Shown here piece by piece: positions 21,701 through 34,652 of a DNA stretch of 64,000 nucleotides. The notes under the pieces were generated by a model. That model was not told the origin of the DNA, did not search any database, and worked only from the letters and a program-made list of their open reading frames with translations. The DNA is from the human T2T-CHM13v2.0 reference genome, Homo sapiens: assembly GCF_009914755.1 (NCBI RefSeq), contig NC_060926.1; one strand, written 5' to 3'. Position numbers and translations under genes: made by a program. How positions within the stretch are numbered: position 1 is the stretch's first letter; the number at the start of each line of letters is the position of its first letter.

Positions 21701-21908
21701 AAAGATACCTATATTCTCTTAGAAACATTTGAGTTGATCAAGGAAGAAGAGTCCAGTAGTGGAATACTTACAAAATAATGAAAATACATTATATGTCTAA
21801 AGTTGCTGTCAATATAATGCCACTTTCTCATGTTTTTATTTAAATAAATAAAGCAAATTGAATGAATTAATTATTTAACCAAAGATTTTACATAAAGACT
21901 CAAAAACT

Positions 21909-22185
21909 TGTAATCCCAGCACTTTGGGAGGCCAAGACAGGGGAATCGCTTGAGTCTAGGAGGTCCAGACCAGCCTGGGCAACATAGTGAGACCCCTGTC
22001 TCTACAAAAATTTTTAAAAAATTAACTGAGTGCCTGCCAGTAGTCCCAGCTACTCAGGATACTGAGGATGACAGGATCACTTGAGCCTGGAGGCAGAGGT
22101 TGCAGTGAGCTGAGATTGTGCCACTGTATTCTGGCCTGGTTAACAGAGCAAAAGCCTGTCTCACACACACAAAAAAAGAAAAACT
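21909..22185 (+). mobile_element. Alu (AluJ-like, 5'-truncated); a further partial Alu at ~22657-22750
   Basis: TGTAATCCCAGCACTTTGGGAGGCC... Confidence 0.85.
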
Positions 22186-23469
22186 GCAAATAGAGGAAAC
22201 GTGGTAAAGAGAAAAACAAGTTATAAAATATAATACAGTTGTTAAATTCAAGAAATAGAGAAAAAATAGATATATTCCTAGTAAATAGAGTTGCGAAAAA
22301 AATCTCAATGAAATAGACTTTCTACAAAACTATGAGTATTTCATAGAGGTAGACTAGGATTACTGAGGAGGAAATTGAGAAAGTTATGTTAGTACCAGCT
22401 ATCAAAAAGATTTTTGGAACTAATAGATTTGCTGATAAATCTTTTACATTTTTAAAGAAAATTGAAGTTGCTTAAATAAATACAGAACAACGTTATGAAA
22501 CAAGAAAATGAGGGCATTCTAAAATACTGATTAATCTTAGTTGTGACCATATATGTGTGAAAATGTTAAAGAATATGCTAGCAAACATTTAAACGTCTGA
22601 TCTACCACTACTGTGTAAGAAATGTGAACATGTTTCAATATAAAGAAATTTTGTGACTTGGGAGGCTGAGGTGGGAGGATTAAGCGCTTTAGCCCAGAGT
22701 TTGAGTCCATCCTGGGCAACATAGCAAGAACCTGTCTAAAAAAAAAAAAATTATTGCTATCCTTTATCAGGTTTAATTGGGGAAAATGATGCTATAACAT
22801 AGTTTGAGCTAATTTAGTGTTCATTTCTAATCAAATTATTTGAAAATGAAAATACTTTCATATCATGATAGACTATACTTAATTATTAACTAATATTAAA
22901 TTCAAAAGGAAAATACCTTTTAAACTTGTCACCATTAGTATTTAATACGACTTTAATTCAGCATTGTTATTTAGTGTGATCTGTAGATTGGTGCCAGTCC
23001 ATGATTTGCTTGTTACTGGTCTGTCAAGAGGTAAGTATAGAAATTGAGAGGAAGTGTTTAGAAACTTTTATAGTAGTTGGATAGAGTAATTTTATCTTTT
23101 TTTAGACCTAGAAATCAAACATTTGGGCTTGTGTTTTATATCTTGGGCTTATAGTAAGACTTTTAATTTCATTTTTCTAGTTATTTTTACTGGTTTTAAA
23201 AATTAGCTTATTTCTCATTAATTTTTGTTAGCATTTTAGTAAAGTGTCAGTATGTGATGACTTGGAAGTAGGAAAAACTGGTTCTTCCCTATAGGTAGTT
23301 TGAGAAGCAGTTCTCTGGATCTTGCCACTAATTTAAGAGTAAATATTTGAAGGAGACAAGTGTATCACATTCATGGGTGATATGATAATGTTATATATAC
23401 TGAGAAGAGCCAGGGATCGTTTAGAAACTAGTAGAGCTAATAAAAATTCAGTCAAGTGAATTCCCAAGC

Positions 23470-23976
<507 letters not shown>

Positions 23977-24192
23977 GGTTTTTTTGTGTTAAAAAAAGAT
24001 GTGTAGTAATGGGAAGAGGTCTAAAATGTAGTTAATATTGTGAGAACAACAGCTTTACATTTTCTATACTTTGATGAGAATGTCATTAAATAGGAAGCTA
24101 TATAATACATGAGTGGACATTTTCATCTAAATATTAATATGTATGGTAACTCAGTTAATGACTTAGCATGTTTTCCTTTAACATTTTTCTAG

Positions 24193-24388
24193 AAAACAGA
24201 ATCTTGGCATTGTCTTCCTCAAGAAATGGACTCTTCCCAAACCTTGGATACATCCCAGACTAGGTTTAATGTGAGAACGGAAGATACTGAAGTGACAGAC
24301 TTCCCCTCTCTGGAGGAGGGCATATTGACGCAATCAGAAAATCAAGTAAAGGAACCCAACAGAGATCTCTTCTGTTCTCCACTGCTAG
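24193..24388 (+). CDS. ALMS1: ALMS1 coding exon 3 (196 bp, phase 0/1): KTESWHCLPQEMDSSQTL...LFCSPLL
   Basis: tttttctag|AAAACA acceptor, TAG|gtaatg donor; overlaps ORF 24226..24408. Confidence 0.93.
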
Positions 24389-25389
24389 GTAATGCCTGTT
24401 TATTTTAACTAGTAGTAATACCTCACATTTGTAAGTTTTGCGGGGACTGCAAGTCTTGTAACTTTCCCCTTTTTGAGTTAAGGAGCTCTGTAGAGACCTA
24501 CTCAGAGGGATTAGCTTATTTCTGTTTTGTTTGTTTGTTTGTTTTTTACTGGCTAGCTGATCTAATTATATTAAGTGTGCAGTTGCCTCTCATTTTATCA
24601 CTTCCCGTTGCTCACAGAAGGCAGAAAGGTGATAACTGTCTACTGTGTGTGCCTCCTCAGTCTTGAATTTGCAGAGTTTTTGGGATGAATAGTATACTTT
24701 GGTTATCTCAGCAATGGAGACTCCATGATCCCCCACAAAAAACAAAAAACAAATGTTCATATTTACCTTTTTGATTTTTAGAATTAATTAAGGCATATGT
24801 TATTATCCTTAGCTTTCAAACCAAAAATTGAGATAAAGAGGTTGAGTGGCTTGTCTGAGGTAGATCTTGCTGCTTTCCTCTGTTTAGTATGGAACTGATT
24901 TATTAGCTCTTTATAAAAGATAAACTTTAAGTACTTTTAAAATCATTAAGGGATTCAATTATGAAGATGGTTTTATAGTTTTGTAGAGAAGCATGAATAG
25001 AACTTAATTCAGCAAGTTCTTTGCCAACATAAACTAATGCTATCCAAATCAAGGTATTAGTGCCAACGTTTTCTATGATGTGGATTATTAAAGTCAATTT
25101 TAGGTCCACATTTTAAGAAAGGTTGACAAAATTAGAGTACCTTTGTGGGAGGAGAGGACTATCTTTTGATAGACAAAAGAGAAGACTTTGCTATGGTCAA
25201 ATATTTGAAGGGCTGTTATGCTAAAAAGGAAGCAACTTATTTTTTATTCATTCATGTAACAAATATCTAAGTGCCTCCTATGTGTTTGATGCTAGGGGTA
25301 TATAGATGAAAGCTACCTCCTCTTCTGGGAAGGCAATCCAGTAAACAGAAAATAACAGTACCATGGGATTTGTATTATAATGGTGTAGA

Positions 25390-25567
25390 GCAGGAGTCTG
25401 CAAACTATAGCTTACAGGCCAAGTCTTGATTTTGTACTGTCCATCTGCTGAGAATGATTTTTGCATTTTTAAAGGATTGTAAAAACAAACAACAGTAGTA
25501 TGTATGACCAACAAAACCGAAAATATTTACCATCTGACCCTTTATTAAAAAAGGTTTGCTAACTCCT
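25390..25567. mobile_element. MER58-like DNA transposon
   Basis: GCAGGAGTCTGCAAACTATAGC...AAAAGGTTTGCTAACTCCT. Confidence 0.6.
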
Positions 25568-27926
25568 AGAGTTTAAAATGGATACATAACTTAAAGGGAA
25601 GCTATTTTTCAAATTGATGTAAAAAAGAGCTTTCTAATAGAGCCATTTAATACTAAAAAAGGCTATATAACAACAACAAAAAGTGAGCTTCATGTCACTG
25701 CAAAATGTCTAGCAAAATTCTGTATTAGGATTTTAGCACTGGGGAGGAGATTGTACTTCGTGACCTAAAATGTTTTCTAATGTAAAGTTTTATAACTCTG
25801 GCTTCTCATTTACTATAGTTAGGGCAGAACATTTTAAATTATTGGAGTAGATTCCTGGATCTCATAGGCAGAGGAAATTTTATCATTGCTGTTTTGTTAC
25901 GCATAAGTACTAACATTGTGATAAATAGGCTCTCGCCAATGGCAAATGTAATTGATGATGGCTGGTGCCAGAATGGTTAGATACCTCAAAAAAGAGGGAT
26001 GCAAGCCAGTAACAGATATCCACACTTGAGGAAACAAGAAGCAGTTGAAAGCTGTAAGAAAAAGGCATGGCAAGTAAAATACACCACCTTCCCATCACAC
26101 ACACACAGATAATGTTGTACACTTGAGAATCATTAACTCTTCAGCTTTGGCCTGCTCCTTTAGCAAATACATTTGCCTATTTATGTGATTTAACTGTCCA
26201 ACTCCACCCTGAGATATTCTTAAATATTTAAGGAGATGCTGAAATGCTGCTTGTAACTTACTTGTTACTTACTATTCCTTACTTATACTTAAATAGCTAT
26301 TTTAGGTACTGAGGATTTCTGTAGGTTCTGAAACCTAGTTAGGGTTAACTCTAATTTTTTTTGAGAAAAGACTGTCAGATTCTTTAAATACTCAGCCTGC
26401 AGTTAACTGGAAATAGTAAATTTGCTTTACTTGCCCAAAGGTCCCCCTTGTAGCATCAGCTCTAGTGTATTTGGGGACTTTGTTAAAAACTCTTCATGAG
26501 TTTTAGAGGGGTGAAGGACTGTTACGGAGGTTTAAGACTGCTTCTCTGTGCCAAGACCAAAGAGGAACTGTACCAATTGTTCCTTGGTGGCAAAGGTTAT
26601 TGTTACATATCAGTTTTTCATTTTTAATTAATTCATTCAGTAAATAAATAACTCTCTTTTGAGTACCTTTTAAGTGTAGCAGGTACTTTGCTAGGCACTG
26701 AGGATATAGCTATGGATAAAGTAGACACAGTTGACAATTTAGATGGGAAGTGGATAGACTGAAGATTAAAACAAGAGGGTGATGAATTATATGGAAGGTA
26801 TGCAGGGTATATAAGCAGTGACAGTATGTGTTTTGACTAAGTAAAGGACAGATGACAACATGGTGAGCTCTGTGAACTCTAGATTTGCAGTAATTTCAGG
26901 GGGAACAGTAATGTGAGAGAGGAGTCCTCACTTTGTACACAGTGTTGCAGGCATTCTGAAATCAAGAAAGTATACTGATTAAAATAAGAATGATTTAAGT
27001 CAACATTCAGGAAATCACAAGAATTTTTTTTTCATTAAAGCAGCAGTTCAAACTTTTTGGGTAACAGGATTCTTTTACACTTTTAAAAATTACTGACAAC
27101 TCCAAAGAGCTTTTGTTTATTTGGGTTATTGATATTTCCCACATTAGAAATTAAAACTGAAACATTTAAAATGTATTTATTAATTCATTGAAAAAGTACA
27201 TATTTTATAAAAAATAACTTTTCCAATACAAAAATGTTTAGAAGTATGGCCATGTTTTACTTAAACAATTCTATAATGTCTGACATAATAGAAGACATCA
27301 AGACTCTCATGTCTGTTTCTGTATTCAATCTGTTGCTGTATCATATATTCTGTAGCTTCTGGAAAATGTCACTGTATCTTTTTGAGAGAATGGGAGTGAA
27401 TAAGGCATATGATATCTTAATATTATTTTGAATAAAATTTTGACATTAGGTACCCCCTAAGAGTGTCTTAGGGCCCAGGAGCTCCTGTGCTATGCTTTGA
27501 CATAACGGGTGTAGTCTATATTATGTAAGATGGGAAGAAACACTCATAATAGTTAAGAGCGTTTGCTAAAAGTTGAAATGCTTGGGTTCAAATCTCACTC
27601 TGGCATTTCAGCTACTTGAATGTGGACAAGTTACTTAATGCTTTGTAAGTTTTGTAATCATGTTTCCTCACCTAGAAGATATATATAATAATACCTATCT
27701 TTCAAGGTTGTCATGAGGATTAAATGAAATATTGTGTGTTAAGCACCTGGACCTTGTCAGACTCTCAATAAATGGTAGCTGCTACTGCTGTTGCTTTTAT
27801 ATTATTATTCTAATGCTTGTAGAATTCTCCATATGGCAGCATATGTAGGTGCTTTAAAGTATTATATACGTAAGTAAATAATCAATTTTCAGCATTACCC
27901 AGCATTTAATATTTGAAACTTTACAG

Positions 27927-28044
27927 TCATACAAGATAGCTTTGCTTCTCCTGATTTGCCTTTGCTGACCTGTTTGACACAAGACCAAGAATTTGCGCCT
28001 GATTCTTTATTTCATCAAAGTGAACTAAGTTTTGCACCTCTGAG
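27927..28044 (+). CDS. ALMS1: ALMS1 coding exon 4 (118 bp, phase 1/2): (V)IQDSFASPDLPLLTCLTQDQEFAPDSLFHQSELSFAPL(R)
   Basis: ctttacag|TCATAC acceptor, GAG|gtagga donor; phases match exons 3 and 5. Confidence 0.93.
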
Positions 28045-28852
28045 GTAGGATGATTTATTTGCAAGTAACCTTTCTCACTTCTTGTTCTATGTTTTTACTA
28101 ATATTAGTGACTTCAGGCTAAGGTGGGACTTTGAGGTGGGGCTTAGATACTCTTAGGACACGCCCTGAAGGTAACAAAGTCCTGTACTAAGACTTGATGC
28201 ATATTAATTTGGCAGAGTAACGTATGTGTAGAGATGAACCAGATGACAGTAGTTTATTTAAAAATAATTCCTAATATATTCAGGCATTTCAGGCATATTT
28301 TAATTTAGAAGACACACTGGATTTTCCTTCTTATAAACCTCCCCATCTGCTGCCCATCATCTCTCTCCTCCCTCTCACCCTTATTCTGCAAAAAGCATTT
28401 ATTTCTTGTTCACTAACTTGTTTGGCACTCTCATTTTGTTCAGCTGTTATTGAATGAGACTAGTTAGCTCTCCTTACCTTATAGGAGGTGTCAATATGAA
28501 GTAAGAAGATTTTTATGAACAGACATATCCAAATGAACAGATACTCCAAATTCATGTCCTTTAGAATAGTCATAATGGGAGAAAAGTCTGGAATTTTCAA
28601 AACATATTTGGAATTATTCAAGAATATGTTTTCTTCCTTTAGAATTGAAAACCCACCTTAAATTAAAAACTATAGATGTTTAGAAAGTAAAAAGTAACCT
28701 CTGTCCTTATACTATATATTTACCTGATATCACTTTTATGAAAAGTGATCTATACACATTAGATCATCAACTAATGATTAAGTTACTGTTGTGTTTTGGG
28801 AATAGATCACTTCTTAAGTGGTTTCTTTCTCTTTCTCTTTTTGTTTGTTTGC

Positions 28853-29146
28853 TTTTTTTTTTCTTTAGATGGAGTCTTGCTCTGTTGCCCAGGCTGGAGT
28901 GCAGTGGTGCCATCATGGCTCACTGTGACCTCTAACTTCTGGGCTCAAGCAATCCTCCTGCCTTAGCCTCCACAGCAGCTAGTACTACAGGCATGTGCCA
29001 CCATGCCCAGCCAATTTTTAATTTTTCTGTAGAGATAGGGTCTTGCCGTATTGCCAAGGCTTGTCTTGAACTCCTGGCTTTAGGTGATCCTCCTGCCTCA
29101 GCCTCCCAGAGTGCTGGGATCATAGGTGTGAGCCACTGTGCCTGGC
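28853..29146 (-). mobile_element. Alu (AluJ-like)
   Basis: Full antisense dimer. Confidence 0.88.
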
Positions 29147-29499
29147 CTTGCATGGTTTCAAGAGCACAATAAATGATGACTAGTAAAAAAGTTAACGCAG
29201 GTTAAATGAAAAATCATGGTAGGCGTCATTATGAAAATCACATTCTGTGTCTATTGTTTTAGGAGAAGTCTGAGATAATATCAGGGTTATAGGGTGGTAG
29301 TTCACCTTTTAGTTAAAAAGAATTTGCTTTGCTCAGTCATTAGCCATCTTAGAAGAGTCTGAAATTAGGAGAGCTGTGTTTTTCAATACACTTTTCAAAT
29401 AAACTTGATTTCAGTGACATATGTATTTTTGTGTTAGTACTTAAAAATTAAATGTTTTTAATGTTATTTATTTATTTATTTTTAACTATATATTTTCAG

Positions 29500-29972
29500 G
29501 GGAATTCCTGATAAGTCTGAAGATACTGAATGGTCTTCTCGACCATCGGAAGTTAGTGAAGCTTTATTCCAGGCTACTGCAGAAGTAGCTTCAGACTTAG
29601 CAAGCAGTCGCTTTAGTGTATCTCAGCACCCGCTTATAGGCAGCACAGCTGTTGGGTCTCAGTGCCCTTTTTTACCTTCTGAACAAGGGAATAATGAAGA
29701 GACTATTTCGTCTGTTGATGAACTGAAAATTCCCAAAGACTGTGATCGTTATGATGATCTTTGTTCATATATGTCATGGAAGACACGAAAAGATACACAG
29801 TGGCCTGAAAACAATTTAGCTGATAAAGATCAAGTTTCAGTTGCAACTTCATTTGACATAACTGATGAAAACATAGCTACTAAAAGAAGTGACCATTTTG
29901 ATGCTGCTCGTTCATATGGGCAGTATTGGACACAGGAAGATTCATCTAAGCAGGCAGAAACATATTTAACCA
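29500..29972 (+). CDS. ALMS1: ALMS1 coding exon 5 (473 bp, phase 2/1): GIPDKSEDTEWSSRPSEVSEALFQ...KQAETYLT
   Basis: ttttcag|GGGAAT acceptor, CCA|gtaagt donor; open frame; phase-compatible with exons 4 and 6. Confidence 0.92.
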
Positions 29973-31522
29973 GTAAGTACCCTGATTCTTTTTCAGATTC
30001 ATCTGACACAATTGATAAAAATAAAATTCCCAAGGGAAGTAACAATTTTAGTGTCCCCTTTTCCTATGTGCCATGGAACAAAGAGGGAACTTTGCACCAC
30101 CCAGAAACGTGTGTAATCAGTAAGGACTGTTTTTCCTTTCCATGTGAAGTTGCTGCTCATCATCATCATCATAAAATGTCATATTCTTTCTTGTGTTGTT
30201 TGTTGGAAAGAAGAGGAAAAGGGGTTCCCTTGACTTCTGATAGTCATTATTTTGAGAATGTTTATTTAAGGGCTCCAGCTGAGATTGAGGTGAAACAAAA
30301 GATGGATTCTTTGGAGGGTTATGAAAGAAATGAAGAAGGTTTACAGAAAGAATCATCTCAATGTTTTGAACTAACGGAGACTAGAAATAATTTAGTATCT
30401 TCAGAAGTGCAACCCAGATTCTTAGAAATACAGTATATTAGGAATGTTATAGCTCCTGATAATTCTGTAAAAGTTTCAGAAGCACATGTACTCTCCAGGG
30501 GACATAATACCTCTAAAATGGAGGCTTCTGGTTGGATTGTTATATCCAACTTGGATGAGATATCAGAACAACTGTATTTTCAAGAGGAAAGAAACCAAAA
30601 GGGAACTTCTCTTTTTGGTGAGAAAAATATTGATGCTGCTGAAAATATAGCCTTTGAGGCAGTTATTGCCTCTATTGAGCCTTCTAAGAAAGAGAGTACA
30701 GTAAATGAAATCCAAGCTGACATCAATAAATATTTAACAGATGACAGCCGAGAGAGAGCCAAAAAATCCAGATCTTTCTCCATTAAATTATAATGATGAA
30801 ACCTCTTTATTTGATAGGCTTAAACATCCATGCTATCAGTCTACTCCTGGGGTGTTTGAACCAGCAGCTTCAAAACCATTGTTGCATAAAAAGGGTAATA
30901 ATGATAGCTTCCTATACTGGCATCCAAATTTAAAATTACCCCCTAATGCTCTTCAGAAAATGTTCATTAAGCCACTTTGTGTTATTCCAGAGCTTAAGTC
31001 ATCTGCTTCTTTGAGTGAAAAATCTTACAACCAGGCTGTTGGTCTTGGCAAAACACAGTCAGCTTTATTTCAGTGTGATATAGGCAATGAACCATTTCTT
31101 CCCTTTGGGAAGATAAAGTCTGTTCCTTCTCTTGACCTTGCAGAGAAGATAGGATCTTCAGATGTTATTTATCATGTGAAAGTATTAACTTCAGAATCTT
31201 TGGTTTTACAAGATTTAAAGCAGCCAACCTTTGAAGAAGTTGCAGATTACTCAAACTTTAATTTGGGTAAGGATGTTAACTGTAGAAATGCCATTAAAGG
31301 TCCACCTGCAGCTGTAGGAAGCAGCTTTTCAGCAAACTTGGTGGCATGTGATGCAAAGTCACAAGGTGCTTGTACCATTGACCAGTGATGCATCATTAAT
31401 TGCAGTCGCCCAAGAGACATTGCTGAAAGCTGATATAGGCCAAGGTGAAAGTCCTTCGTGTGTGGGAGCTGAGCCTAGTTTTACTATACATACAATTATG
31501 CAAAATGACTCCTATTTTGTAG
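29973..31522 (+). other. ALMS1 intron 5 (1550 bp) with fossil coding capacity: three overlapping ORFs bridging exon 5 to exon 6
   Basis: ORFs 29771..30793 (exon 5 frame), 30741..31388 and 31348..31734 (exon 6 frame); no recognisable transposon sequence. Confidence 0.75.
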
Positions 31523-31623
31523 AGGGCCTGCAGGGGAAGGTTGAGTCTGACGTCATTACTCTGGATGGCCTAAATGAAAATGCTGTTGTATGCAGTGAAA
31601 GAGTTGCTGAACTACAAAGAAAG
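31523..31623 (+). CDS. ALMS1: ALMS1 coding exon 6 (101 bp, phase 1/0): (K)GLQGKVESDVITLDGLNENAVVCSERVAELQRK
   Basis: ttttgtag|AGGGCC acceptor, AAG|gtgaga donor; lies in ORF 31348..31734. Confidence 0.9.
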
Positions 31624-31726
31624 GTGAGACACAATAAAATGATAGTTGTAAGAAACGTGGCCTTTTTCAGTATTGTTTCAGGAAATGGTATTGTTTGTTT
31701 TTATTTTACTTTTTACTGTTTCCTGG

Positions 31727-31876
31727 GTACATGACCAATGTCATTTGACTGGTGAGTACATTGAGCTAGCAGCTTTAGAGAAATTTCATGGTGATCTAGA
31801 GATGCATGACAGCTCCCTGCACTGGCAGCCTACTTTACAACTACCATCTGAGAAGGAAAGCAATTTTGAAAAGCCT
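31727..31876 (+). other. Candidate fossil 150-bp in-frame ALMS1 exon with inactivated acceptor
   Basis: Long pyrimidine tract ending cctGG, 50 open codons in phase 0/0, CCT|gtaagt donor. Confidence 0.5.
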
Positions 31877-32564
31877 GTAAGTTTTTCTATTTGACATTTT
31901 TTTCTGGGCGGGGAGGGAATGTTTTATTTGAAAAATTTCCAAATTTTATTTGAAAATACTTTATTTGAAAAATTATATCCTTCAGTACCAGCTTGTAACT
32001 TGTACCTGTTCTTCATCTGATATCCAGGAATATGTTCCATTAGAGGTTGGTATAAAAGAAATGTTTATGTTTCATAGACTGTAAGACTTAGTTCTGTGGT
32101 GTCTTGGAAAAGGCATCCCATGGGGCTCCAGGCCTTTCATATTGAGGCAGCCTAACTCTTCCTAGTTGTGCCAGCAAGAGTCTTTAGACAGTGTTAAGAT
32201 TAGGCTTATTCATGGGAACATCCAAAAGCTTGTACTTTGAATGTTTCCCTCTGGTCTTCAATGCACAAGCCTTGAAACAGTCCCTGGAATATTTAAGTAT
32301 TTCTGTTTAGAAGCTCTTGAAAGACTTGACTTCAGAGGTGTCTTGAAAATTGTAAGACCCATGTTTGACCAGGAAGGATAATGAAGTGCTTAACGTCCAA
32401 ACTGGCCAGTGTCTCTTCAAAGGGAAGTATCTCCTTCCCAAATGAGCAACATACTAATGTATATACATGTCTCTTCCCTCTCTCTATTTATATCATTATT
32501 ACCATTGTGTGTGTGTGTACTAGAAACTGGCAACTCTAGGATGTCATAAAAATTTTATATCAGC

Positions 32565-32758
32565 CTTTTTTTTTTAAATTAAGTTCTGGGGCACATGTGC
32601 AGAACGTGCAGGTTTGTTACATAGGTATACAGGTGTCATGGTGGTTTGCTGCACCTATCAACCTGTCATCTACATTAGGTATTTCTCCTAATGCTATCCC
32701 TCCCCTAACCCCCTACCCCGCGACGGGCCCTGGTGTGTGATGTTCCCCTCCCTGTGTC
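32565..32758 (-). mobile_element. L1PA 3'-end fragment
   Basis: TAAGTTCTGGGGCACATGTGCAGAACGTGCAGGTTTGTTACATAGG...GTGTGATGTTCCCCTCCCTGTGTC. Confidence 0.9.
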
Positions 32759-34339
32759 ATTCTTTTATAGAAGGCTTTTATTTGCTTGGATCCTTGGATC
32801 CCTTGGCATTAATGTTCCTCTGGTCCCGTTGAATGAATATCCTCTTTTGTTGTCTGGTACTGTAAGTCCCAAGGTGGGCCCTACTTCCTTGTGATATAGC
32901 CTTATATCCTGTTATTCATTAAATACAGTTAGATAAAATAGTGATGTACTTAATGTTACTTCTCTTTTCCTATGTATAAGATTGGTATGTTTTTGTAAAG
33001 CTCTATTAGTTTGGGTTACAACCACATTTAGACCTTTAGGTTCAGATTGTTGGTAGAAAATGAACAAAGATATTATGATGAACTTTTATTTATAATTTAT
33101 TACATTTATTAAAGTTTTTTTAACACAGAATCACTAGGTTTATTTTCTTCAGTATTCCAAACTAGGCATTTTTTAATTTTAATCTGATAACTGGGGATGA
33201 AAATGATAGTTAACACTTTGTGCTCAAGTACTGTGCTAAGAGGTTACATGTATATATCAATTCGTTTTTGTCCTCTGTCAATCCTATCAAATAGAATTGT
33301 TAGAGATTATTATCATCCCTATTTTGCAATTGACACTTAGAGGATTTAGGAACTTGCTCATAATTATTCAGCAATTGGGGGAACCAGTATTTGAAACTAA
33401 CCATATCTGTGTACTTAACCACCATACCATAAACTGTCCCCCCTCCCCCCACCTTTTAACTATTCTTGGTGAAACTAAGGTTAAGATTTTGCATTATTTT
33501 GGCAAGAGTAGAGGTTTTGAAGGAGATTGCCTAAAGTTGAGTTCAATAACAATGAGAAACAAAGTAACAACTTTTAAAGTGTTCTAAATTTTTAATACTA
33601 CTTTTGTGACTTACATCAACCTTTCATGTAGATAAAATGTATTTTAAAAATAAAGATATATAGGTTCAGTTAATGTGCAGAGACTAGCTTTGACCACTGC
33701 TCCAAATTTTAATCTGTCCTTAAATATAGCCTGAAGTATTATTCTTTCAATCTAAGGAAGATGCTATTATTCCCTGTATTGTCTTTCAGTTGTAGCTCTA
33801 TCTGTCTTAGTCTTAGATCTAGGAGTTATTTAATGTCAATATCAGAAAAGCAAGGAGCCAGATGTGGTAGTACTTTTTCTGCATGGCTTAGCTTGCTTTC
33901 AGGGGCTTGCTTACTCCTTGGTTTTTCCTTATGCTCCTCATCTGTGTCACAGAAGAGTCATTCATAGTTACTTGGTTCACTTTTATATCTACTCCTCATA
34001 AATGATTATTTGGGTATCCACGTATGTATGATGGAGCTTGGAACTGTGAAAAGAACATAGAGATTTTGAGTCAAAATCCAGTTCAGTTACTTTGTTAGCC
34101 TTGTGTCTTGAGCAAATGACTTCGGAGGATCACTTTCCTGATCTGCATAAGGAAATAGGAATAGTAATAACCTTATACATCGTACTATTAAATGGGGTAA
34201 GTTATGTAGCATTTATATAGTGCCTGGTTGTTAGTTCTCTTCACTTTGCTGAAACTAGACTACTAGAGTCTCTGGTGGTTTCCTACTTTCTATCATTATT
34301 TTGTTTTTCTTTCTCCTTTTTCTTGGTAGCAGCACATAA

Positions 34340-34652
<313 letters not shown>

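Noticed and set aside
29830-30783. Minus-strand ORFs over exon 5/intron 5 (likewise 55171-59082 over exon 8)
   Set aside because: Antisense shadows of plus-strand coding-type sequence; no independent gene signals
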